Assembly: GCA_043228905.1 (NCBI GenBank)
Contig: JBHGNT010000006.1
Coordinates: forward strand, 124,001 to 188,000
DNA: 64,000 nt
Origin: Azolla caroliniana
Lineage: Eukaryota > Plantae > Polypodiophyta
Direction of reading: 5' to 3'
In this document: positions 13,995 to 26,802 of the stretch, piece by piece
How the letters are laid out: each line of letters opens with the position of its first letter
Numbering within the stretch: position 1 is the first letter of the stretch
Program-made: the position numbers and the translations under genes
Notes under the pieces: generated by a model
What the model saw: only the letters and a program-made list of their open reading frames with translations
Databases searched by the model: none
Told to the model about the DNA's origin: nothing

Positions 13995-14610
13995 TACACA
14001 AAAATCTGATATCACACGAGCCAGGTATGAACATTTTAATTTACCTACTAGCTCTTCTTAACTCACTCCTCAAATTTAGTAATTACGTCATGTCTCTCGA
14101 GCTGATTTTCAAAATCTTGATTTTTTAATTCTATATGATAGCTAGCATTGTTAGCTTCCATTCGCATGTTTGAATACAAAAATCCGATATCACACGAGCC
14201 AGGTATGAACATTTTAATTTACTCAAGGACTCCTCTCAACTAACTCCTCAAATTTGGTAATTTCGTCATGTCTCTCGACCTGAGTTTCAGAATCTTGATT
14301 TTTTAATTCCATATCATAGCTAGCGTTGTTAGCTTCGATTCGCATGTTTGAATATAAAAATCCGATGTCACACGAGCCAGGTATGAACATTTTAATTTAC
14401 CTACTAGCTCTTCTCAACTCACTCCTCAAATTTGGTAATTTTGTCATGTCTCTCGACCTGAGTTTCAGAATCTTGATTTTTTAATTCTATATGATAGCTA
14501 ACGTTGTTAGCTTCGATTCGCATGTTTGAACACAAAAATCCGATATCACACGAGCCAGGTATGAACATTTTAATTTACCTACTAGCTCTTCTCAACTCAC
14601 TCCTCAAATT

Positions 14611-14630
14611 TGGTAATTTCTCTCGACCTG
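14611..14630. other. 8-bp deletion in one monomer (GTCATGTC missing; 170-bp monomer)
   Basis: TGGTAATTTC|TCTCGACCTG here versus consensus TGGTAATTTC GTCATGTC TCTCGACCTG. Confidence 0.95.
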
Positions 14631-17600
14631 AGATTCAAAATCTTGATTTTTTAATTCTATATGATAGCTAGCGTTGTTAGCTTCGATTCGCATGTTTGAA
14701 CACAAAAACCCGATATCACACGAGCTAGGTATGAACACTTTAATTTCCCTACTAGCTCTTCTCAACTCACTCCTCAAATTTGGTAATTTCTTCATGTCTC
14801 TCGACCTGAGTTTCAAAATGTTGATTTTCTTATTCAATATCATAGCTAGCGTTATTAGCTTCGATTCGCATGTTTGAACACAAAAATCCGATATCACACG
14901 AGCCAGGTATGAACATTTTAATTTACTTAAGGGCTCCTCTCAACTCACTCCTCAAATTTGGTAATTACGTCATGTCTCTCGACCTGAGTTTCAAAATCTT
15001 GATTTTTTAATTCTATATGATAGCTAGCGTTGTTAGCTTCGATTCGCATGTTTGAACACAAAAATCCGATATCACACGAGCCAGGTATGAACATTTTAAT
15101 TTACCTACTAGCTCTTCTCAACTCAATCCTCAAATTTGGAAATTTCGTCATGTCTCTCGACCTGAGTTTTAAAATCTTGATTTTTTAATTCCATATCATA
15201 GCTAGCGTTGTTAGCTTCGATTCGCATGTTTGTACACAAAAATCTGATATCACACGAGCCAGGTATGAACATTTTTATTTACCTACTAGCTCTTCTCAAC
15301 TCACTCCTCAAATTTGGTAATTACGTCATGTCTCTCGAGCTGAGTTTCAAAATCTTGATTTTTTAATTCTATATGATAGCTAGCATTGTTAGCTTCGATT
15401 CGCATGTTTGAATACAAAAATCCGATATCACACGAGCCAGGTATGAACATTTTTATTTACCTACTAGCTCTTCTTAACTCACTCCTCAAATTTGGTAATT
15501 ACGTCATGTCTCTCGAGCTGATTTTCAAAATCTTGATTTTTTAATTCTATATGATAGCTAGCATTGTTAGCTTCCATTCGCATGTTTGAATACAAAAATC
15601 CGATATCACACGAGCCAGGTATGAACATTTTAATTTACTCAAGGACTCCTCTCAACTGACTCCTCAAATTTGGTAATTTCGTCATGTCTCTCGACCTGAG
15701 TTTCAGAATCTTGATTTTTTAATTCCATATCATAGCTAGCGTTGTTAGCTTCGATTCGCATGTTTAAATATAAAAATCCGATGTCACACGAGCCAGGTAT
15801 GAACATTTTAATTTACCTACTAGCTCTTCTCAACTCACTCCTCAAATTTGGTAATTTTGTCATGTCTCTCGACCTGAGTTTCAGAATCTTGATTTTTTAA
15901 TTCCATATCATAGCTAGCGTTGTTAGCTTCGATTCGCATGTTTGAACACAAAAATCCGATATCACACGAGCCAGGTATGAATATTTTTATTTACCTACTA
16001 GCTCTTCTCAACTCACTCCTCAAATTTGGTAATTTCGTCATGTCTCTCGACCTGAGTTTCAAAATCTTGATTTTTTAATTCTATATGATAGCTAGCGTTG
16101 TTACCTTCGATTCGCATGTTTGAACACAAAAATCCGATATCACACGAGCCAGGTATGAACATTTTAATTTACCTACTAGCTCTTCTCAACTCAATCCTCA
16201 AATTTGGAAATTTCGTCATGTCTCTCGACCTGAGTTTCAAAATCTTGATTTTTTAATTCCATATCATAGCTAGCGTTGTTAGCTTCGATTCGCATGTTTG
16301 TACACAAAAATCTGATATCACACGAGCCAGGTATGAACATTTTTATTTACCTACTAGCTCTTCTCAACTGAATGCTCAAATTTGGTAATTTCGTCATGTC
16401 TCTCGACCTGAGTTTCAAAATCTTGATTTTTTAATTCCATATCATAGCTAGCGTTGTTAGCTTCGATTCGCATGTTTGTACACAAAAATCTGATATCACA
16501 CGAGCCAGGTATGAACATTTTTATTTACCTACTAGCTCTTCTTAACTTACTCCTCAAATTTGGTAATTACGTCATGTCTCTCGAGCTGATTTTCAAAATC
16601 TTGATTTTTTAATTCTATATGATAGCTAGCATTGTTAGCTTCCATTCGCATGTTTGAATACAAAAATCCGATATCACACGAGCCAGGTATGAACATTTTA
16701 ATTTACTCAAGGACTCCTCTCAACTGACTCCTCAAATTTGGTAATTTCGTCATGTCTCTCGACCTGAGTTTCAGAATCTTGATTTTTTAATTCCATATCA
16801 TAGCTAGCGTTGTTAGCTTCGATTCGCATGTTTGAATATAAAAATCCGATGTCACACGAGCCAGGTATGAACATTTTAATTTACCTACTAGCTCTTCTCA
16901 ACTCACTCCTCAAATTTGGTAATTTTGTCATGTCTCTCGACCTGAGTTTCAGAATCTTGATTTTTTAATTCCATATCATAGCTAGCGTTGTTAGCTTCGA
17001 TTCGCATGTTTGAACACAAAAATCCGATATCACACGAGCCAGGTATGAATATTTTTATTTACCTACTAGCTCTTCTCAACTGACTCCTCAAATTTGGTAA
17101 TTTCGTCATGTCTCTCGACCTGAGTTTCAAAATCTTGATTTTTTAATTCCATATCATAGCTAGCATTGTTAGCTTCGATTCGCATGTTTGAACACAAAAA
17201 TCCGATATCACACGAGCCAGGTATGAACATTTTAATTTCCCTACTAGCTCTTCTCAACTCACTCCTCAAATTTGGTAATTTCTTCATGTCTCTCGACCTG
17301 AGTTTCAAAATGTTGATTTTCTTATTCCATATCATAGCTAGCGTTGTTAGCTTCGATTCGCATGTTTGTACACAAAAATCCGATATCACACGAGCCAGGT
17401 ATGAACATTTTTATTTACTCAAGGGTTCCTCTCAACTCACTCCTCAAATTTGGTAATTACGTCATGTCTCTCGACCTGAGTTTCAAAATCTTGATTTTTT
17501 AATTCCATATCATAGCTAGCGTTGTTAGCTTCGATTTGCATGTTTGAACACAGATATCCGATATCACACGAGCCAGGTATGAACATTTTAATTTACTCAA

Positions 17601-17724
17601 GCGCTCCTCTCAACTCACTCCTCAAATTTGGTAATTACGTCATGTCTCTCGACCTGAGTTTCAAAATCTTGATTTATTAATTCTATATGATAGCTAGCGT
17701 TGTTAGCTTCGATTCGCATGTTTA

Positions 17725-20199
17725 AACACAAAAATCCGATATCACACGAGCCAGGTATGAACATTTTAATTTACCTACTAGCTCTTCTCAACTCAATCCT
17801 CAAATTTGGAAATTTCGTCATGTCTCTCGACCTGAGTTTCAAAATCTTGATTTTTTAATTCCATATCATAGCTAGCGTTGTTAGCTTCGATTCGCATGTT
17901 TGTACACAAAAATCTGATATCACACGAGCCAGGTATGAACATTTTTATTTACCTACTAGCTCTTCTCAACTCACTCCTCAAATTTGGTAATTACGTCATG
18001 TCTCTCGACCTGAGTTTCAAAATCTTGATTTTTTAATTCTATATGATAGCTAGCATTGTTAGCTTCGAATCGCATGTTTGAATACAAAAATCCGATATCA
18101 CACGAGCCAGGTATGAACATTTTTATTTACTCAAGGACTCCTCTCAACTGACTCCTCAAATTTGGTAATTACGTCATGTCTCTCGACCTGAGTTTCAAAA
18201 TCTTGATTTTTTAATTCTATATGATAGGTAGCGTTGTTAGCTTCGATTCGCATGTTTGAACACAAAAATCCGATATCACACGAGCCAGGTATGAACATTT
18301 TAATTTACCTACTAGCTCTTCTCAACTCACTCCTCAAATTTGGTAATTTCTTCATGTCTCTCGACCTGAGTTTCAAAATGTTGATTTTCTTATTCCATAT
18401 CATAGCTAGCGTTGTTAGCTTCGATTCGCATGTTTGAACACAAAAATCCGATATCACACGAGCCAGGTATGAACATTTTAATTTACTTAAGGGCTCCTCT
18501 CAACTCACTCCTCAAATTTGGTAATTACGTGATGTCTCTCGACCGGAGTTTCAAAATCTTGATTTTTTAATTCTATATGATAGCTAGCGTTGTTAGCTTC
18601 GATTCGCATGTTTGAACACAAAAATCCGATATCACACGAGCCAGGTATGAACATTTTAATTTACCTACTAGCTCTTCTCAACTCAATCCTCAAATTTGGT
18701 AATTTCGTCATGTCTCTCGACCTGAGTTTCAAAATCTTGATTTTTTAATTCCATATCATAGCTAGCGTTGTTAGCTTCGATTCGCATGTTTGTACACAAA
18801 AATCTGATATCACACGAGCCAGGTATGAACATTTTTATTTACCTACTAGCTCTTCTCAACTCACTCCTCAAATTTGGTAATTACGTCATGTCTCTCGAGC
18901 TGATTTTCAAAATCTTGATTTTTTAATTCTATATGATAGCTAGCATTGTTAGCTTCCATTCGCATGTTTGAATACAAAAATCGGATATCACACGAGCCAG
19001 GTATGAACATTTTAATTTACTCAAGGACTCCTCTCAACTGACTCCTCAAATTTGGTAATTTCGTCATGTCTCTCGACCTGAGTTTCAGAATCTTGATTTT
19101 TTAATTCCATATCATAGCTAGCGTTGTTAGCTTCGATTCGCATGTTTGAATATAAAAATCCGATATCACACGAGCCAGGTATGAACATTTTTATTTACCT
19201 ACTAGCTCTTCTCAACTCACTCCTCAAATTTGGTAATTTCGTCATGTCTCTTGACCTGAGTTTCAGAATCTTGATTTTTTAATTCCATATCATAGCTAGC
19301 GTTGTTAGCTTCGATTCGCATGTTTGAACACAAAAATCCGATATCACACGAGCCAGGTATGAATATTTTAATTTACCTACTAGCTCTTCTCAACTGACTC
19401 CTCAAATTTGGTAATTTCGTCATGTCTCTCGACCTGAGTTTCAAAATCTTGATTTTTTAATTCTATATGATAGCTAGGGTTGTTAGCTTCGATTCGCATG
19501 TTTGAACACAAAAATCCGATATCACACGAGCCAGGTATGAACATTTTTATTTACCTACTAGCTCTTCTCAACTCAATGCTCAAATTTGGTAATTTCGTCA
19601 TGTCTCTCGACCTGAGTTTCAAAATCTTGATTTTTTAATTCCATATCATAGCTAGCGTTGTTAGCTTCGATTCGCATGTTTGTACACAAAAATCCGATAT
19701 CACACGAACCAGGTATGAACATTTTAATTTACTTAAGGGCTCCTCTCAACTCACTCCTCAAATTTGGTAATTACGACATGTCTCTCGACCTGAGTTTCAA
19801 AATCTTGATTTTTTAATTCTATATGATAGCTAGCATTGTTAGCTTCCATTCGCATGTTTGAATACAAAAATCGGATATCACACGAGCCAGGTATGAACAT
19901 TTTAATTTACTCTAGGACTCCTCTCAACTGACTCCTCAAATTCGGTAATTTCGTCATGTCTCTCGACCTGAGTTTCAGAATCTTGATTTTTTAATTCCAT
20001 ATCATAGCTAGCGTTGTTAGCTTCGATTCGCATGTTTGAATATAAAAATCCGATGTCACACGAGCCAGGTATGAACATTTTAATTTACCTACTAGCTCTT
20101 CTCAACTCACTCCTCAAATTTGGTAATTTTGTCATGTCTCTCGACCTGAGTTTCAAAATCTTGATTTTTTAATTCCATATCATAGCTAGCGTTGTTAGC
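17725..20199. repeat. ~14-monomer block with a dispersed copy 9078 bp (51 monomers) downstream
   Basis: CTTCGAATCG 18063/27141, GATAGGTAGC 18223/27301, GCTAGGGTTG 19473/28551, CACGAACC 19703/28781, TTACGACATG 19771/28849. Confidence 0.9.
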
Positions 20200-23065
20200 A
20201 TCGATTCGCATGTTTGAATATAAAAATCCGATGTCACACGAGCCAGGTATGAACATTTTAATTTACCTACTAGCTCTTCTCAACTGAGTTCTCAAATTTG
20301 GTAATTTCGTCATGTCTCTCGACCTGAGTTTCAAAATCTTGATTTTTTAATTCTATATGATAGCTAGCGTTGTTAGCTTCGATTCGCATGTTTGTACTCA
20401 AAAATCCGATATCACACGAGCCAGGTATGAACATTTTAATTTACCTACTAGCTCTTCTCAACTCACGCCTCAAATTTCGTAATTACGTCATGTCTCTCGA
20501 CCTGAGTTTCAGAATCTTGATTTTTTAATTCCATATCATAGCTAGCGTTGTTAGCTTCGATTCGCATATTTGTACTCAAAAATCCGATGTCACACGAGCC
20601 AGGTATGAACATTTTAATTTACCTACTAGCTCTTCTCAACTCACTCCTCAAATTTGGTAATTTTGTCATGTCTCTCGACCTGAGTTTCAGAATCTTGATT
20701 TTTTAATTCCATATCATAGCTAGCGTTGTTAGCTTCGATTCGCATGTTTGAACACAAAAATCCGATATCACACGAGCCAGGTATGAACATTTTTATTTAC
20801 CTACTAGCTCTTCTCAACTCAATGCTCAAATTTGGTAATTTCGTCATGCCTCTCGACCTGAGTTTCAAAATCTTGATTTTTTAATTCCATATCATAGCTA
20901 GCGTTGTTAGCTTCGATTCGCATGTTTGAATATAAAAATCCGATGTCACACGAGCCAGGTATGAACATTTTAATTTACCTACTAGCTCTTCTCAACTGAG
21001 TTCTCAAATTTGGTAATTTCGTCATGTCTCTCGACCTGAGTTTCAAAATCTTGATTTTTTAATTCTATATGATAGCTAGCGTTGTTAGCTTCGATTCGCA
21101 TGTTTGTACTCAAAAATCCGATATCACACGAGCCAGGTATGAACATTTTAATTTACCTACTAGCTCTTCTCAACTCACGCCTCAAATTTCGTAATTACGT
21201 CATGTCTCTCGACCTGAGTTTCAGAATCTTGATTTTTTAATTCCATATCATAGCTAGCGTTGTTAGCTTCGATTCGCATGTTTGAACACAAAAATCCGAT
21301 ATCACACGAGCCAGGTATGAACATTTTAATTTCCCTACTAGCTCTTCTCAACTCACTCCTCAAATTTGGTAATTTCTTCATGTCTCTCGACCTGAGTTTC
21401 AAAATGTTGATTTTCTTATTCAATATCATAGCTAGCGTTATTAGCTTCGATTCGCATGTTTGAACACAAAAATCCGATATCACACGAGCCAGGTATGAAC
21501 ATTTTAATTTAGTTAAGGGCTCCTCTCAACTCACTACTCAAATTTGGTAATTACGTCATGTCTCTCGACCTGAGTTTCAAAATCTTGATTTTTAAATTCT
21601 ATATGATAGCTAGCGTTGTTAGCTTCGATTCGCATGTTTGAATACAAAAATCCGATATCACACGAGCCAGGTATGAACATTTTTATTTACCTACTAGCTC
21701 TTCTCAACTCACTCCTCAAATTTGGTAATTACGTCATGTCTCTCGAGCTGAGTTTCAAAATCTTGATTTTTTAATTCTATATGATAGCTAGCATTGTTAG
21801 CTTCGATTCGCATGTTTGAATACAAAAATCCGATATCACACGAGCCAGGTATGAACATTTTTATTTACCTACTAGCTCTTCTTAACTCACTCCTCAAATT
21901 TGGTAATTACGTCATGTCTCTCGAGCTGATTTTCAAAATCTTGATTTTTTAATTCTATATGATAGCTAGCATTGTTAGCTTCCATTCGCATGTTTGAATA
22001 CAAAAATCCGATATCACACGAGCCAGGTATGAACATTTTAATTTACTCAAGGACTCCTCTCAACTGACTCCTCAAATTTGGTAATTTCGTCATGTCTCTC
22101 GACCTGAGTTTCAGAATCTTGATTTTTTAATTCCATATCATAGCTAGCGTTGTTAGCTTCGATTCGCATGTTTAAATATAAAAATCCGATGTCACACGAG
22201 CCAGGTATGAACATTTTAATTTACCTACTAGCTCTTCTCAACTCACTCCTCAAATTTGGTAATTTTGTCATGTCTCTCGACCTGAGTTTCAGAATCTTGA
22301 TTTTTTAATTCCATATCATAGCTAGCGTTGTTAGCTTCGATTCGCATGTTTGAATATAAAAATCCGATGTCACACGAGCCAGGTATGAACATTTTAATTT
22401 ACCTACTAGCTCTTCTCAACTCACTCCTCAAATTTGGTAATTTTGTCATGTCTCTCGACCTGAGTTTCAAAATCTTGATTTTTTAATTCCATATCATAGC
22501 TAGCGTTGTTAGCATCGATTCGCATGTTTGAATATAAAAATCCGATGTCACACGAGCCAGGTATGAACATTTTAATTTACCTACTAGCTCTTCTCAACTG
22601 AGTTCTCAAATTTGGTAATTTCGTCATGTCTCTCGACCTGAGTTTCAGAATCTTGATTTTTTAATTCTATATGATAGCTAGCGTTGTTAGCTTCGATTCG
22701 CATGTTTGTACTCAAAAATCCGATATCACACGAGCCAGGTATGAACATTTTAATTTACCTACTAGCTCTTCTCAACTCACGCCTCAAATTTCGTAATTAC
22801 GTCATGTCTCTCGACCTGAGTTTCAGAATCTTGATTTTTTAATTCTATATGATAGCTAGCATTGTTAGCTTCCATTCTCATGTTTGAATAGAAAAATCCG
22901 ATATCACACGAGCCAGGTATGAACATTTTAATTTACTCAAGGACTCCTCTCAACTGACTCCTCAAATTTGGTAATTTCGTCATGTCTCTCGACCTGAGTT
23001 TCAGAATCTTGATTTTTTAATTCCATATCATAGCTAGCGTTGTTAGCTTCGATTCGCATGTTTGA

Positions 23066-26000
23066 ACACAAAAATCCGATATCACACGAGCCAGGTATGA
23101 ACATTTTAATTTACCTACTAGCTCTTCTCGACTCAATCCTCAAATTTGGTAATTTCGTCATGTCTCTCGGCCTGAGTTTCAAAATCTTGATTTTTTAATT
23201 CCATATCATAGCTAGCGTTGTTAGCTTCGATTCGCATGTTTGTACACAAAAATCCGATATCACACGAGCCAGGTATGAACATTTTAATTTACTCAAGGGC
23301 TCCTCTCAACTCACTCCTGAAATTTGGTAATTACGTCATGTCTCTCGACCTGAGTTTCAAAATCTTGATTTTTTAATTCCATATCATAGCTAGCGTTGTT
23401 AGCTTCGATTTGCATGTTTGAACACAAAAATCCGATATCACACGAGCCAGGTATGAACATTTTAATTTACTCAAGCGCTCCTCTCAACTCACTCCTCAAA
23501 TTTGGTAATTACGTCATGTCTCTCGACCTGAGTTTCAAAATCTTGATTTTTTAATTCTATATTATAGCTAGCGTTGTTAGCTTCGATTCGCATGTTTGAA
23601 CACAAAAATCCGATATCACACGAGCCAGGTATGAACATTTTAATTTACCTACTAGCTCTTCTCAACTAACTCCTCAAATTTGGTAATTTCGTCATGTCTC
23701 TCGACCTGAGTTTCAGAATCTTGATTTTTTAATTCCATATCATAGCTAGCGTTGTTAGCTTCGATTCGCATGTTTGAACACAAAAATCCGATATCACAGG
23801 AGCCAGGTATGAACATTTTAATTTACTCAAGGACTCCTCTCAACTGACTCCTCAAATTTGGTAATTTCGTCATGTCTCTCGACCTGAGTTTCAGAATCTT
23901 GATTTTTTAATTCCATATCATAGCTAGCGTTGTTAGCTTCGATTCGCATGTTTGAACACAAAAATCCGATATCACACGAGCCAGGTATGAACATTTTAAT
24001 TTACCTACTAGCTCTTCTCAACTCAATCCTCAAATTTGGTAATTTCGTCATGTCTCTCGGCCTGAGTTTCAAAATCTTGATTTTTTAATTCCATATCATA
24101 GCTAGCGTTGTTAGCTTCGATTCGCATGTTTGTACACAAAAATCCGATATCACACGAGCCAGGTATGAACATTTTAATTTACTCAAGGGCTCCTCTCAAC
24201 TCACTCCTGAAATTTGGTAATTACGTCATGTCTCTCGACCTGAGTTTCAAAATCTTGATTTTTTAATTCCATATCATAGCTAGCGTTGTTAGCTTCGATT
24301 TGCATGTTTGAACACAAAAATCCGATATCACACGAGCCAGGTATGAACATTTTAATTTACTCAAGCGCTCCTCTCAACTCACTCCTCAAATTTGGTAATT
24401 ACGTCATGTCTCTCGACCTGAGTTTCAAAATCTTGATTTTTTAATTCTATATGATAGCTAGCGTTGTTAGCTTCGATTCGCATGTTTGAACACAAAAATC
24501 CGATATCACACGAGCCAGGTATGAACATTTTAATTTACCTACTAGCTCTTCTCAACTAACTCCTCAAATTTGGTAATTTCGTCATGTCTCTCGACCTGAG
24601 TTTCAAAATCTTGATTTTTTAATTCCATATCATAGCTAGCGTTGTTAGCTTCGCTTCGCATGTTTGTACACAAAAATCCGATATCACACGAGCCAGGTAT
24701 GAACATTTTAATTTACCTACTAGCTCTTCTCGACTCAATCCTCAAATTTGGTAATTTCGTCATGTCTCTCGGCCTGAGTTTCAAAATCTTGATTTTTTAA
24801 TTCCATATCATAGCTAGCGTTGTTAGCTTCGATTCGCATGTTTGTACACAAAAATCCGATATCACACGAGCCAGGTATGAACATTTTAATTTACTCAAGG
24901 GCTCCTCTCAACTCACTCCTGAAATTTGGTAATTACGTCATGTCTCTCGACCTGAGTTTCAAAATCTTGATTTTTTAATTCCATATCATAGCTAGCGTTG
25001 TTAGCTTCGATTTGCATGTTTGAACACAAAAATCCGATATCACACGAGCCAGGTATGAACATTTTAATTTACTCAAGCGCTCCTCTCAACTCACTCCTCA
25101 AATTTGGTAATTACGTCATGTCTCTCGACCTGAGTTTCAAAATCTTGATTTTTTAATTCTATATTATAGCTAGCGTTGTTAGCTTCGATTCGCATGTTTG
25201 AACACAAAAATCCGATATCACACGAGCCAGGTATGAACATTTTAATTTACCTACTAGCTCTTCTCAACTAACTCCTCAAATTTGGTAATTTCGTCATGTC
25301 TCTCGACCTGAGTTTCAGAATCTTGATTTTTTAATTCCATATCATAGCTAGCGTTGTTAGCTTCGATTCGCATGTTTGAACACAAAAATCCGATATCACA
25401 GGAGCCAGGTATGAACATTTTAATTTACTCAAGGACTCCTCTCAACTGACTCCTCAAATTTGGTAATTTCGTCATGTCTCTCGACCTGAGTTTCAGAATC
25501 TTGATTTTTTAATTCCATATCATAGCTAGCGTTGTTAGCTTCGATTCGCATGTTTGAACACAAAAATCCGATATCACACGAGCCAGGTATGAACATTTTA
25601 ATTTACCTACTAGCTCTTCTCAACTCAATCCTCAAATTTGGTAATTTCGTCATGTCTCTCGGCCTGAGTTTCAAAATCTTGATTTTTTAATTCCATATCA
25701 TAGCTAGCGTTGTTAGCTTCGATTCGCATGTTTGTACACAAAAATCCGATATCACACGAGCCAGGTATGAACATTTTAATTTACTCAAGGGCTCCTCTCA
25801 ACTCACTCCTGAAATTTGGTAATTACGTCATGTCTCTCGACCTGAGTTTCAAAATCTTGATTTTTTAATTCCATATCATAGCTAGCGTTGTTAGCTTCGA
25901 TTTGCATGTTTGAACACAAAAATCCGATATCACACGAGCCAGGTATGAACATTTTAATTTACTCAAGCGCTCCTCTCAACTCACTCCTCAAATTTGGTAA

Positions 26001-26333
26001 TTACGTCATGTCTCTCGACCTGAGTTTCAAAATCTTGATTTTTTAATTCTATATGATAGCTAGCGTTGTTAGCTTCGATTCGCATGTTTGAACACAAAAA
26101 TCCGATATCACACGAGCCAGGTATGAACATTTTAATTTACCTACTAGCTCTTCTCAACTAACTCCTCAAATTTGGTAATTTCGTCATGTCTCTCGACCTG
26201 AGTTTCAAAATCTTGATTTTTTAATTCCATATCATAGCTAGCGTTGTTAGCTTCGCTTCGCATGTTTGTACACAAAAATCCGATATCACACGAGCCAGGT
26301 ATGAACATTTTAATTTACCTACTAGCTCTTCTC
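23066..26333. repeat. 9-monomer (1602 bp) tandem duplication with internal 5+4 structure
   Basis: The G of TTCTCGACTC is at 23130/24732. ATATTATAGC, CACAGGAGCC and TTCGCTTCGC are also 1602 apart. CTCGGCCT is spaced 890, 712, 890. Confidence 0.9.
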
Positions 26334-26802
26334 AACTCACTCCTCAAATTTGGTAATTTCGTCATGTCTCTCGACCTGAGTTTCAAAATCTTGATTTTTT
26401 AATTCTATATGATAGCTAGCGTTGTTAGCTTCGATTCGCATGTTTGAACATAAAAATCCGATATCACACGAGCCAGGTATGAACATTTTTATTTACCTGT
26501 TAGCTCTTCTCAACTCAATCCTCAAATTTGGTAATTTCGTCATGTCTCTCGACCTTAGTTTCAAAATCTTGATTTTTTAATTCCATATCATAGCTAGCGT
26601 TGTTAGCTTCGATTCGCCTGTTTGTACACAAAAATCCGATATCACACGAGCCAGGTATGAACATTTTAATTTACTTAAGGGCTCCTCTCAACTCACTACT
26701 CAAATTTGGTAATTACGTCATGTCTCTCGACCTGAGTTTCAGAATCTTGATTTTTTAATTCCATATCATAGCTAGCGTTGTTAGCTTCGATTCGCATGTT
26801 TG

